DNA from: an uncultured Acidobacteriota bacterium
Lineage (GTDB): Bacteria; Acidobacteriota; Blastocatellia; RBC074
DNA length: 64,000 nucleotides
Assembly: GCA_963796275.1 (NCBI GenBank)
Contig: CAWCKY010000006.1
Span: 2,624,001-2,688,000, forward strand
Direction of reading: 5' to 3'
Both the position numbers and the translations under genes were made by a program. Below, in pieces: positions 11,577-21,417 of the stretch; within the stretch, counting starts at the first letter, position 1, and each line of letters opens with the position of its first letter. The notes beneath the pieces are model-generated. The model had not been told where the DNA came from, made no database searches, and saw nothing but the letters and a program-made list of their open reading frames with translations.

Positions 11577-11919
11577 AAACACCAGAGCGCTCGATCGTGA
11601 GCTGAAGCGGGGGGCCGCGGAGCTGCTCATCCTTTCACTGCTCGACGCGCGCCCCCGCCACGGCTATGAGCTGAGTAAACTGATCAACACGCGCTCCGGC
11701 GGCCAGATCACGTTTCACATAGATTCCCTCTATCCCTTGCTGTATCGCCTAGAGGAGCGTGGATGGATCAAGGGTGCCTGGGTCGAAAAGCCAGACGAGA
11801 GACGCCGCCGCTTCTACAAAGTCACGCCTGAGGGCCGGCGCGTGCTTGCTCAGCAACGCAAGACCTGGGCGGCATTCGTGGAGGCCGTGCGGCTCATCAC
11901 GGGAGACGAACATGCCTGA
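11566..11919 (+). CDS. PadR family transcriptional regulator
   Basis: ELKRGAAELLILSLL..RPRHGYEL..SLYPLLYRLEERGWI..RRRRFYKVT; stop overlaps downstream permease start. Confidence 0.92.
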   Translation: MTDINTRALDRELKRGAAELLILSLLDARPRHGYELSKLINTRSGGQITFHIDSLYPLLYRLEERGWIKGAWVEKPDERRRRFYKVTPEGRRVLAQQRKTWAAFVEAVRLITGDEHA

Positions 11920-14626
11920 CTGGACACAACACGTGCGCCCGCGTTTATCGGGCCTGCGCCTCTCGCCTGCTCGCGAGGCCGAGATCGTCGAAGAACTCTC
12001 GCAACATCTCGATGACCGCTATCGGGAGTTGATCGCGGGTGGTATGTCCCCTGACGAAGCCACGCGGTTAACGCTTGCCGATTTCAGGGACGGCAATCTC
12101 CTCGCGGAGTACCTGGCGCCTCTCCGGCAGGCGCACCAGCCTGTAGCGATCACACCGGGAGCTCCGGGCGGCCGATTGCTCAGCGATCTCTGGCAAGACT
12201 TGCGGTACGCCGCACGCACGCTCTGGAAGCGGCCCGGCTTCACAGCCGCTGCCGTTCTCACGCTCGCGATCGGCATCGGCTCGAATGCCGCCATCTTCAC
12301 GGTTATCAATGCGGTGCTGCTTCGGCCGCTGCCATTCCCGCAAAGCGAACAGCTCGTGAGGCTGTACACACGGTATCTGCCCTCTACCGGCTATAACTGT
12401 CAGTATTGCTCCCTGTCGCATCCGGAATTCGCCGATATCCGCGGCCGGGTCAATGCGTTCGCCGCCATCGCCGCCTACAGACCCGACAGCGCTAATCTGA
12501 GGCATGGCGATGGAGAAGCAGAGCGCGTTCTCACCATGCGCGTGACCTCGGAATTCTTCGATGTGCTCGGCGTCAGGCCAGTCCGCGGGCGATCCTTCAC
12601 CGAAGAGGAATCACAGCGCGGGGAAGCCTGCCTCGCTATTCTCAGTCACGACGCATTAGATGATGCAGCAAGCGCAGTCGGCTCGACGATCAGGCTCGAC
12701 GATGCGCTCTGCGAAGTGATTGGCGTAATGCCGGAGGGCTTCAGATTTCGCGACGACAGCGTGAAGGTGTGGACGGCGCTGCCTATCAACATCAACACGG
12801 AGGATCCACGGTTCGATCGAGGGAGTCATTGGCTGGCCGCCATCGCTCGGCTGCGCGATGGCGTGAGCGCCGAGCAGCTCGATGCACAGCTGCAGCTCCT
12901 GCGCGCCTACTGGTCGGAGGAGTATCCCGATCATTACGCGAAGGGACATTTTGCCGTCAGCCGGCCGCTGCATGAGGATATCGTCGGCAATCAGCGCGAC
13001 GCCTTGACCCTACTCGCCGGCGCCGTCCTCTTCGTGCTGCTGATCGTCAGCGTCAATCTGGCTGCGCTGCTGATTACGAATGGAGAAGCGCGGCGAAGAG
13101 AGTTTGCCGTGCGGCATGCGCTCGGAGCTAACCGCCGGCGCCTCATTCGGCAGATGATCGCCGAGGCGATGGTGCTTGCCGTCATCGGAGGCGCCATTGG
13201 CGTCATGCTCGCGAACGCGATGCTCGCAGGGCTTCTTGCGCTCTATCCACAGCGGTTGCCGGTCTCACAGGCCATCACTATCGACTACGCCGCGATGCTA
13301 TATACGTGTGCCTTGATTATCCTGGCTGGGTTCCTGGTCGGCTTTGTCCCCGCGCTGCATGCGACCGGAGCGCGGCTGCAGGAAATCCTGAGAACAGACT
13401 CCCGAACAGCGACATCGTCCCGCCGTTCTATCGCCGCCCGTTCCGCACTAGTGATCGGCCAGCTTGCATTGAGCGTGATCCTGCTAGTCGGCGCGCTTCT
13501 CCTGATTCGGTCCTATCAGCAGCTACAGCAAGTCGACCTGGGCATTGAACCGGATAACGTGCTGACATTCAGCGTGTTCATTCCAGCCGGTCGCGAGCGT
13601 GACCCCGCCGCTGCGCGGCGGAGATTGGCTGCGATCGAAGATCAGCTGGCTGCAACTCCCGGCGTCGAGGTCGCGGGCGCGATTTCAAACCTTCCGCTGG
13701 TGTGGGAAGGACCGCCTTCCAGCTTCGTTATTGAAGGCCGGCCCGAACCCCCACCGGGGGCGCCGGCGTGGAATGCGCGCTACCTGATGGCTACTCCACG
13801 AATGTTTCACGCCCTCGGCACTCCGTTGAAGCGGGGAAGACTTCTCGCCGAAGGCGATGTGGCCGGGCAACCATTCGTCGCAGTCATCAACGAAACCGCC
13901 GCGCGTCTCTTCTGGTCCGGCGACGATCCGATCGGAAAGACGATTCGCTATGACCCGCAAGAGACTAGGGCTTCCATTCAGATCGTCGGAATCGTGAGCG
14001 ACGTTCGCTCAATAGGGCCCGGCGAGCCGGCCCCGGCCGCCATTTACGTCCCGCTCGCCCAGGCCCCGCGTCCTCCATACGAGGGACGCGCGATGACATT
14101 TATCGTCCGCGCGACAGGGAATCCGACTGCTCTCACTGCATCGGCGCGCGCAGCGGTAGCATCCATCGATGCCGGACTGCCGCTGGCCGATGTCCGGCCG
14201 ATGTCCGAGATCGTGTCGGCAGCCTCCGGCCAGCCGCGGTTCGCCACTCTCGTGATGTCGCTCTTTGCCGCCATCGCGTTTTTCCTCGCCGCTCTCGGAC
14301 TCTATGGAATCCTCGCGTACAGTGTCGAGCAGAGAGTTCGCGAGATCGGCGTCCGCGTCGCTCTCGGCGCAGACAAACGCGAGATATTCCGGTTGATTAT
14401 CGGGAATGGCCTTCGCCTCGCACTGATGGGTATTGCCATCGGCGTTCCCTCAGCGCTGGCATTGACGCGGCTGATGGGTGGAATGCTGTCCGGTGTATCG
14501 AGCACCGATCCATTGACGTACATCGCTGTCATTGGGATTCTGGTGATCTCGGCCCTGATGGCGAGCTACTTGCCGGCTCGGCGCGCCGCACGTGTGGACC
14601 CGATCGTCGCGCTGCGCGCGGAATAG
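11912..14626 (+). CDS. ADOP family ABC-type permease (copy A of tandem pair)
   Basis: prefix EIVEELSQHL, WQDLRYAAR..PGF..TLAIGIG, two MacB/FtsX halves, REIGVRVALGA, RRAARVDPIVALRAE. Confidence 0.92.
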   Translation: MPDWTQHVRPRLSGLRLSPAREAEIVEELSQHLDDRYRELIAGGMSPDEATRLTLADFRDGNLLAEYLAPLRQAHQPVAITPGAPGGRLLSDLWQDLRYAARTLWKRPGFTAAAVLTLAIGIGSNAAIFTVINAVLLRPLPFPQSEQLVRLYTRYLPSTGYNCQYCSLSHPEFADIRGRVNAFAAIAAYRPDSANLRHGDGEAERVLTMRVTSEFFDVLGVRPVRGRSFTEEESQRGEACLAILSHDALDDAASAVGSTIRLDDALCEVIGVMPEGFRFRDDSVKVWTALPININTEDPRFDRGSHWLAAIARLRDGVSAEQLDAQLQLLRAYWSEEYPDHYAKGHFAVSRPLHEDIVGNQRDALTLLAGAVLFVLLIVSVNLAALLITNGEARRREFAVRHALGANRRRLIRQMIAEAMVLAVIGGAIGVMLANAMLAGLLALYPQRLPVSQAITIDYAAMLYTCALIILAGFLVGFVPALHATGARLQEILRTDSRTATSSRRSIAARSALVIGQLALSVILLVGALLLIRSYQQLQQVDLGIEPDNVLTFSVFIPAGRERDPAAARRRLAAIEDQLAATPGVEVAGAISNLPLVWEGPPSSFVIEGRPEPPPGAPAWNARYLMATPRMFHALGTPLKRGRLLAEGDVAGQPFVAVINETAARLFWSGDDPIGKTIRYDPQETRASIQIVGIVSDVRSIGPGEPAPAAIYVPLAQAPRPPYEGRAMTFIVRATGNPTALTASARAAVASIDAGLPLADVRPMSEIVSAASGQPRFATLVMSLFAAIAFFLAALGLYGILAYSVEQRVREIGVRVALGADKREIFRLIIGNGLRLALMGIAIGVPSALALTRLMGGMLSGVSSTDPLTYIAVIGILVISALMASYLPARRAARVDPIVALRAE

Positions 14627-14678
14627 CCGTTTTTTCGCCAGGATTGCACCAACCGATCAACATTACTTTGTGTCGGAA

Positions 14679-14802
14679 ACGAGAGACGCCGCCGCTTCTA
14701 AAAAGTCACGCCTGAGGGCCGGCGCGTGCTTGCTCAGCAGCGCAAGACTGGGCGGCATTCGTGGAAGCTGTGCGGCTCGTCATGGGAGAAGAACATGCCT
14801 GA
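14679..14802 (+). pseudogene. 3' remnant of PadR co-duplicated with the permease
   Basis: near-identical to 11795-11919 but with TAC>TAA at 14699 and a 1-bp deletion. Confidence 0.85.
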
Positions 14803-17491
14803 CTGGACACAACACGTGCGCCCGCGTTTATCGACCCTGCGCCTCTCGCCCGCTCGCGAAGCCGAGATCGTCGAAGAACTCTCACAACATCTCGATGACC
14901 GCTGGCGGGAGTTGATTGCGGGTGGTATGTCCCCTGATGAGGCCACGCGAGTGGCGCTCGCCGACTTCAGAGATGGGGATGTCCTGGCTCGGCACATGAC
15001 GCCGCTGCGGCAGGCGCATCCACAGTCACCGATCACACCGGGAGCCCACGGCAGCCATTTGTTCAGCGATCTCTGGCAAGACCTCCGCTACGCCGCTCGC
15101 ATCTTGTGGATGCGGCCTGGCTTCGCAATCGCGGTCGTTCTGACGCTCGCACTTGGCATCGGGTCGAATGCCGCCATCTTCTCGGTTATCAATGCGTTAC
15201 TGCTTCGGCCGCTGCCGTTCCCGCACAGCGAACAGCTTGTGAGCCTGCACACACGGTATCTGCCCGCTACCGGCTTTAACTATCAATATTTCTCCCTGTC
15301 GGGGGCGGAATTCGACGATGTCCGCAGCCGGGTCAAAGCGTTCGCCGGGGTCGCCGCCTACCAGTTCAGCAGCCGTAATCTGACGCGTGGTAATGGAGAC
15401 GGCGAGCGCATCCTCACCATGGGCGTGACCTCAGAATTCTTCGAGGTGCTCGGCGTCAGGCCAGTCCGCGGGCGTACCTTCACCGAAGAGGAAGCGCAGC
15501 GTGGGGAAGCATGCCTAGCTATTCTCAGTTACGGCGCATTAGAGGATGGCGCAAGCGCAATCGGCTCGACGATCAGGCTGGACGATGCGCTATGCGAAGT
15601 GATTGGCGTAATGCCGGAGGGCTTCTGGTTTCGTGACGACCGCGTGAAAGTGTGGAGGGCGATGCCTGTCAATACAGATGAAGGCATGCGAAATAGTCAT
15701 GCACTGCGCGCCATCGCTCGGCTGCGAGATGGCGTCAGCACTGAGCAAGTTGATGCGCAACTGCTATATCTGCGCGGGTACTGGTCGGAGGCGTACCCCG
15801 ATCAATACGCGAAGGGACATTTTGCCGTCTTCCGGCCGATGCACGAGGATATCATCGGCGATCAGCGCGACGCATTGGTTATTCTCGCCGGCGCCGTCCT
15901 CCTCGTGCTCCTGATTGTCTGCGTTAATCTGTCGGCGTTGCTGGTGTCGAATGGAGAAGCGCGGCGGCGAGAGTTTGCTGTGAGGCATGCGCTCGGAGCT
16001 AACCGCCGGCGCCTCATTCGGCAGATGGTCGCCGAGGTGATGCTGCTTGCCGTGATCGGAGGAATCATTGGCGTCATACTCGCGAACGCGATGCTCGCAG
16101 GGCTTCTTGCCCTTTATCCGCAGCGGCTGCCGGTCTCACAGGCCATCACGATCGACTACGGCGCGATGCTGTATACGTGCGCATTGGTCATCCTGGTCGG
16201 GTTTCTGGTCGGCTTTGTCCCCGCGCTGCACGCGACCGGAGAGCGGATGCAGGAAATCCTGAGAACGGATTCCCGCACGGCGACATCGTCCCGCCGCGCC
16301 GTCGCCGCCCGTTCCGCACTAGTGATCGGCCAGCTTGCATTGAGCGTGATCCTGCTGGTCGGCGCGCTTCTCCTGATTCGGTCCTATCAGCAGCTACGGC
16401 AAGTCGACCTGGGCATTGAACCGGATCATGTGCTGACATTTAGCCTGTCCATCCCAGGTGGTCGCGAGCTCGACTCCGCTGAAGCGCGGGGGAGATTGGC
16501 TGCGATCGAAGAGAAGCTCGCTGCAACTCCCGGCGTCCAGGTCGCGGGGGCGATTTCAAGCCTCCCGCTGGTGTGGGCAGGACCGTCTGACACCTTCGTT
16601 ATTGAAGGCCGACCCGCACCCCTGCCAGGGGCGCCGACGCGGGAGGCGCGCATCTTGAATGCTACGCCACGAATGTTTCGCGCCATCGGCATTCCGTTGA
16701 AGCGCGGAAGACTTCTCGCCGACAGTGACGTGGCCGGGCAGCCATTCGTCGCAGTCGTCAACGAAACCGCCGCGCGTCTCTTCTGGCCCGGCGACGATCC
16801 GATCGGAACGACGATTCGCTACGACCGTTCCATTCAGATCGTCGGAATCGTGGGCGATGTTCGATCAATAGGCCCCAGCGAGCCGGCCCCACCTACCGTT
16901 TACTTCCCGCTCGCCCAGGCGGGGGAGCCTCCGTACGAGGGCCGCGGCGCCTGGGCGATGACATTTGTCGTCCGCGCATCTGGGGATCCGACTGCTATCA
17001 CTGCCTCGGCGCGTGCCGCGGTGGCATCCATCGATGCTGGACTGCCGCTGGCGGACCTCCGGCCGATGTCCGAGGTCGTGTCGGCAGCCTCCGGCCAGCC
17101 GCGGTACACTACTATCGTGATGTCGTTCTTTGCCGCCATCGCGTTTCTCCTCGCCGCTCTCGGACTCTATGGAATTCTCGCCTACAGTGTCGAGCAACGA
17201 GTTCGTGAAATCGGCGTCCGCGTCACGCTCGGTGCAGACAAACGGGAGATATTCCGGTTGATTATTGGCCACGGTATGCGCCTCGCCTTGGTGGGTGTTG
17301 CCATCGGCGTTCCCTCAGCGCTCGCTTTGACGCGGCTGATGGGTGGAATGCTGTCCGGTGTGTCAAGCACCGATCCATTGACGTACATCGCTGTCGTTGG
17401 GATGCTGGTGCTCTCGGCTCTGCTGGCGAGCTACTTGCCGGCTCGGCGCGCCGCACGTGTGGACCCGATTGTCGCGCTGCGAGCGGAGTAG
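14795..17491 (+). CDS. ADOP family permease (copy B of tandem pair)
   Basis: close paralog of 11912-14626 along its whole length; same MPDWTQHVRPRLS start. Confidence 0.92.
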   Translation: MPDWTQHVRPRLSTLRLSPAREAEIVEELSQHLDDRWRELIAGGMSPDEATRVALADFRDGDVLARHMTPLRQAHPQSPITPGAHGSHLFSDLWQDLRYAARILWMRPGFAIAVVLTLALGIGSNAAIFSVINALLLRPLPFPHSEQLVSLHTRYLPATGFNYQYFSLSGAEFDDVRSRVKAFAGVAAYQFSSRNLTRGNGDGERILTMGVTSEFFEVLGVRPVRGRTFTEEEAQRGEACLAILSYGALEDGASAIGSTIRLDDALCEVIGVMPEGFWFRDDRVKVWRAMPVNTDEGMRNSHALRAIARLRDGVSTEQVDAQLLYLRGYWSEAYPDQYAKGHFAVFRPMHEDIIGDQRDALVILAGAVLLVLLIVCVNLSALLVSNGEARRREFAVRHALGANRRRLIRQMVAEVMLLAVIGGIIGVILANAMLAGLLALYPQRLPVSQAITIDYGAMLYTCALVILVGFLVGFVPALHATGERMQEILRTDSRTATSSRRAVAARSALVIGQLALSVILLVGALLLIRSYQQLRQVDLGIEPDHVLTFSLSIPGGRELDSAEARGRLAAIEEKLAATPGVQVAGAISSLPLVWAGPSDTFVIEGRPAPLPGAPTREARILNATPRMFRAIGIPLKRGRLLADSDVAGQPFVAVVNETAARLFWPGDDPIGTTIRYDRSIQIVGIVGDVRSIGPSEPAPPTVYFPLAQAGEPPYEGRGAWAMTFVVRASGDPTAITASARAAVASIDAGLPLADLRPMSEVVSAASGQPRYTTIVMSFFAAIAFLLAALGLYGILAYSVEQRVREIGVRVTLGADKREIFRLIIGHGMRLALVGVAIGVPSALALTRLMGGMLSGVSSTDPLTYIAVVGMLVLSALLASYLPARRAARVDPIVALRAE

Positions 17492-17651
17492 CCGTCTTTT
17501 TGCCAAGAATGAACGATAACCTGATCGTCAAACTCGGATCTAATCACCATTCCTCTTTCCGCAGCGTTGAATGTTGCGATAGCAGTTAGACTATCGATTT
17601 GGTCCTGGGCATGGAAATGGCTAAGGCGGTCTAGAATTCATGTGTCCCTTA

Positions 17652-17698
17652 TTGACAGCCTATAAGAGTGTGCCTATACTCTTATAGTTGATCTATAA
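17652..17698 (+). promoter_or_regulatory. near-consensus sigma70 promoter (TTGACA-17-TATACT) with overlapping palindromes
   Basis: -35 17652-17657, -10 17675-17680; CTATAAGAGT/ACTCTTATAG IR 17660-17687; TTATAG-N5-CTATAA 17682-17698. Confidence 0.75.
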
Positions 17699-17729
17699 AG
17701 GAAAGAAATAAAGAAAGGGAAGCAGTCTC

Positions 17730-18068
17730 GTGGGAAAAGACAAGGCTGGCCTACTGCCGGGCACCCTCGATTTGTTAGTCCTCAAAACAGTGGAGACGAT
17801 GGGCCCGATCCACGGCTGGGGCATCGCCAAACGCATCGAGCAGGTCTCCCAGGATCTTTTGGAAATGAAATACGGGACCCTGTATCCCGCGCTCATGAAG
17901 CTGGAGCAGAACGGTTGGATCTCGTCGGAGTGGGGCGCCTCGGAGAACAATCGCCGGGCGCGCTTTTATTCCATCACCAAGCTGGGCCGGAAGCAGTTGG
18001 CGCTCGAAGCAGAGAATTGGGAGCAGATGGCTGCGTTCATCACTCGTGTACTCGGTGGTACCCGGTAG
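17730..18068 (+). CDS. PadR family regulator (acidobacterial type)
   Basis: [43 protein letters not shown]. Confidence 0.92.
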   Translation: MGKDKAGLLPGTLDLLVLKTVETMGPIHGWGIAKRIEQVSQDLLEMKYGTLYPALMKLEQNGWISSEWGASENNRRARFYSITKLGRKQLALEAENWEQMAAFITRVLGGTR

Positions 18069-18079
18069 GGAGGTTCAAC

Positions 18080-20776
18080 ATGGCGCAGTTCCGTTCCCTG
18101 GCTTCGAGATTCTTCGCCCTGTTCCGGCGGCCTGAGTTGAGCCAGCGTATAGATGAAGAACTCCAGTTTCACCTCCAAATGCAGGCGGAAGAAAACATCC
18201 GGCGGGGCATGAATGTGCCGGACGCCCAGGCAGCGGCCCGTAGCAAGGTTGGCAACATAACGCATGTAACTGAGGAGGTGTATCGCATGAACACGCTCTC
18301 GTTCCTCGAAGAAATCGTACGCAATGTTCGGTTTTCCCTGCGCACGCTGCGTAAGAGCCCGGGCTTCACCGCTGCGGCGATTTTCACCCTGGCCATCGGG
18401 ATCGGCGCCAACACGGCAGTCTTCAGTATCGTGGAGGGGATTCTGCTGAAGCCCCTGCCATATTCGGAGGCGAGCCGGCTAATTTCGGTACAGCACACCG
18501 CGCCTGGAGCCCCAGGGTTGATGAGCGCCTCGGGCGACTTGCGGCTTTCCGCCTCCATGTTCTTTACCTACGCGGACAGCAACCGGAGTTTCGAAGCCAT
18601 TGGAGCGTGGACCACCGCGGCAGCCACGGTTACGGGCCAGGGCGAGCCGGAAGAAGTGCGCACCATAGTTGTGACGAAAGGCGTGCTGGAGGCGCTGGGC
18701 GTCAAGCCAGCGGCTGGGCGCTGGCTCGCGGAGGCGGATCAGTCGCCCGGCGCAGCCCGTGCAACGATGCTGTGCTATGGGTATTGGCAACGGCGGTTTG
18801 GCGGGGATCAGGCAGTAATCGGGAAGAGCCTGACCGTAGATGCGCAACCGGCCCAGATCGTGGGCGTGATGCCGGCCGGGTTCCGCGCTGTAGACACGGA
18901 GGCGGAACTGATACTGCCGTTTCGGTTCAATCGCACGCAACTGATTCTGCCCGGCTTTTTTCTTCGGAGCGTCGCGAGGCTAAAACCGGGTGTGACGCTG
19001 GAGGCAGCCAGCGCCGACATTGCGCGGATGGTTCCCGTATGGATGAGTTCGTGGCCCGCGCCCCCGGGAGTCGATCCGCGAAGCTGGGAACAATGGAGGA
19101 TCACGCCGGCCCTTCGGCCACTTCGACAAGACGTTGTCGGGCGTATTGAACAGGGTCTATGGCTGGTGATGGGGACCATGGGGATTGTCCTGCTGATTGC
19201 CTGCGCCAATGTCACGAACCTGCTGTTGGTGAGGGCCGAAGCGCGGCAGCGGGAATTGGCCCTGCGTGCGGCGCTGGGTGCTGGTTGGGGGCAGATTGTC
19301 CGCCAGCTGCTGGTGGAAAGCCTGGCGCTAGGGTTGTTGGGCGGGCTGCTGGGTGTGGCCATTGCCGCAGGGCTGCTGAAGGCAGTGGTGGCCATCGGTC
19401 CAGCGAGTTTGCCCAGGTTGAATGAGATATCCATGGATGGGCAGACGGCGGTTTTTGCGTTGGGGGTTTCGCTGACCGCGGGTTTCCTGTTGGGACTGAT
19501 CCCGGCCTGGCAATATGCGCGGCCGAAGCTTGGTCCGGCGCTGCGGGCAGGAGGCAGGTCGGCCACCGATAGCCGGCAGAAGCATCGGGCGCAGAATGTA
19601 CTGGTGGTGGCGCAGGTAGCACTGGCGCTGGTGCTGCTGGTTTGTTCGGGGTTGATGATTCGCACGTTTCAGGCGTTGAACCGTGTGCAGCCGGGCTTCA
19701 CCGAACCGGAACAGATTCAGACACTGCGGATCGCCATTCCACCGGCCTTGATTGCCGAGCCCGAACGAGTGGCGCTAACTCAGCAGCAGATCCAAGAGAA
19801 GCTGGCAGTGCTGCCGGGCGTATCGTTGGTAGGTTTTGCCAGCACGATACCGACAGATGGGCTGTCGCCGGATTGGGACGGCATAGAAGTGGAAGGCCGG
19901 CCTCAGCTGCCTGGGCAGTTCCCGCCGATGCGGCGTTTCAAGGACATCTCGCCTGGGTTCCTGGAAGCCATGGGCACGCGCCTGATCATTGGCCGCAGCT
20001 ACGAGTGGACCGATTTACTGGACCGGCGGCCCGTGATCCTGATCTCCGAGAATCTGGCGTGGGAGTATTGGGGAGATCCTGGCGCCGCACTCGGTAAGCG
20101 TATTGGGTACGCCGGGAAATTTCGCGAGGTGATCGGCGTCGTGCAGGACGTTTATGATAACGGCGTGCAAGATGTGGCCCCGGCGACCGTCTACTGGCCA
20201 ACGTTCGATGCGAACAAGTTTACGTCCGTTACCCGCAATGTAACCTTCGCGCTCCGAAGCGGGCGCACGGGGAGCGCAGGATTTCTACGCCAGGTGGAGC
20301 AGGCAGTGTGGTCCGTGAATGCCAATCTTTCGGTGGCAGACGTACAGTCCATGGCGGATCTGCACTCCCGGTCGATTGCGCGAACCTCATTCACACTGGT
20401 GATGCTGGCGATCGCGGGCGTAATGGCATTGTTGCTCGGCGTCGTCGGCATCTACGGCGTGATCGCGTACACGGTAGCGCAGCGGAGAAGAGAGATCGGT
20501 ATCCGTTTGGCGCTGGGCGCGGCGCCGTCGACGGTAACTCGCATGTTTCTTAGGCACGGAGTGATCCTTTGCGCCATCGGTTGTGTTTTGGGGCTTGGGG
20601 GAGCGGTGGCATTATCGAGTCTGATGAAGTCGCTGCTGTTCGGCGTGACGCCGCTGGATCCGATGACATACGCCGTCATGCCTGTCGTATTGTTGGTGGC
20701 GGCACTAACCGCGTGTTACCTCCCTGCGCACCGGGCCGCGGCCGTGGACCCGGTGGAGACTCTGCGCGGAGATTAA
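18080..20776 (+). CDS. ADOP family permease
   Basis: GGAGG RBS and ATG 18080; IDEELQFHL prefix, LLIACANV, RELALRAALGA, REIGIRLALGA, VDPVETLRGD. Confidence 0.92.
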   Translation: MAQFRSLASRFFALFRRPELSQRIDEELQFHLQMQAEENIRRGMNVPDAQAAARSKVGNITHVTEEVYRMNTLSFLEEIVRNVRFSLRTLRKSPGFTAAAIFTLAIGIGANTAVFSIVEGILLKPLPYSEASRLISVQHTAPGAPGLMSASGDLRLSASMFFTYADSNRSFEAIGAWTTAAATVTGQGEPEEVRTIVVTKGVLEALGVKPAAGRWLAEADQSPGAARATMLCYGYWQRRFGGDQAVIGKSLTVDAQPAQIVGVMPAGFRAVDTEAELILPFRFNRTQLILPGFFLRSVARLKPGVTLEAASADIARMVPVWMSSWPAPPGVDPRSWEQWRITPALRPLRQDVVGRIEQGLWLVMGTMGIVLLIACANVTNLLLVRAEARQRELALRAALGAGWGQIVRQLLVESLALGLLGGLLGVAIAAGLLKAVVAIGPASLPRLNEISMDGQTAVFALGVSLTAGFLLGLIPAWQYARPKLGPALRAGGRSATDSRQKHRAQNVLVVAQVALALVLLVCSGLMIRTFQALNRVQPGFTEPEQIQTLRIAIPPALIAEPERVALTQQQIQEKLAVLPGVSLVGFASTIPTDGLSPDWDGIEVEGRPQLPGQFPPMRRFKDISPGFLEAMGTRLIIGRSYEWTDLLDRRPVILISENLAWEYWGDPGAALGKRIGYAGKFREVIGVVQDVYDNGVQDVAPATVYWPTFDANKFTSVTRNVTFALRSGRTGSAGFLRQVEQAVWSVNANLSVADVQSMADLHSRSIARTSFTLVMLAIAGVMALLLGVVGIYGVIAYTVAQRRREIGIRLALGAAPSTVTRMFLRHGVILCAIGCVLGLGGAVALSSLMKSLLFGVTPLDPMTYAVMPVVLLVAALTACYLPAHRAAAVDPVETLRGD

Positions 20777-20982
20777 GGCTGAAGAGTTACCAACTTGGTT
20801 GCTGGTGGGTGAAGCGCTAGGCCACACGGCAAATTTGATTCGAGTTGTTAGCAGGCCCAACTCGACATCATTTCAGTCCGGCTGCCGAAATAATACTCAG
20901 GACTCAACGCTATCTGGAACCCCTCTCCGATAACTGATGTTGTTGATGAAGAAAAACCTGAGTTTGAATGCAATCTCACTCT

Positions 20983-21036
20983 AGACCTTGACATTCTAGG
21001 TCTCCATACATACCCTACACCTAGAATTTCTAAGTG
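20983..21036 (+). promoter_or_regulatory. sigma70-type promoter (TTGACA-17-TACCCT) with two ACCTAGA-N3-TCTAGGT-like palindromes
   Basis: AGACCTTGA-CAT-TCTAGGTCT 20983-21003 and CACCTAGAA-T-TTCTAAGTG 21018-21036, one mismatch each. Confidence 0.65.
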
Positions 21037-21069
21037 TGACAATAAGCAACCCAGACTGGGAGGTGAAGT

Positions 21070-21405
21070 TTGACCCAACCGAAAGCGGATCTCTTGCAAG
21101 GCACGCTCGACCTGCTCATCCTCAAGGCGCTCAGCTTAGGGGCGCTCCACGGCTACGGCATCATCCAGCGCATTCGACAGTTGTCTGACGAGTTGCTTGA
21201 GGTCGAGCAAGGCTCTCTCTACCCGGCGGTCTACCGGATAGAGCAACGCGGCTGGATCAGTTCCAAGTAGGGTGTGACCGAGACCAGCCGCCGGGTCAAG
21301 TTCTACACGCTGACTAAAGCAGGCAGTAAACAACTCACCGTCGAGGAAGAGAGCTGGGGTCGGGGGCTCGCCCTGGCCATTGCGAAGGTCAGAAAAGCAG
21401 TCTGA
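21070..21405 (+). pseudogene. PadR regulator with in-frame TAG at a conserved Trp
   Basis: GWISSK*GVTETSRRVKFYTLT..KVRKAV; TAG at 21268-21270, frame stays open to TGA 21403-21405. Confidence 0.88.
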
Positions 21406-21417
21406 GGAGGACCAATT

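Noticed and set aside
11912-17491. Diversity-generating retroelement explaining permease variation
   Set aside because: No RT or TR/VR pair; differences span the whole gene, include indels and are not adenine-specific by eye
17606-17622. GG-N10-GC motif upstream of the 17730 PadR
   Set aside because: Lacks TTGC and a strong sigma70 promoter is adjacent; shows such motifs can arise by chance
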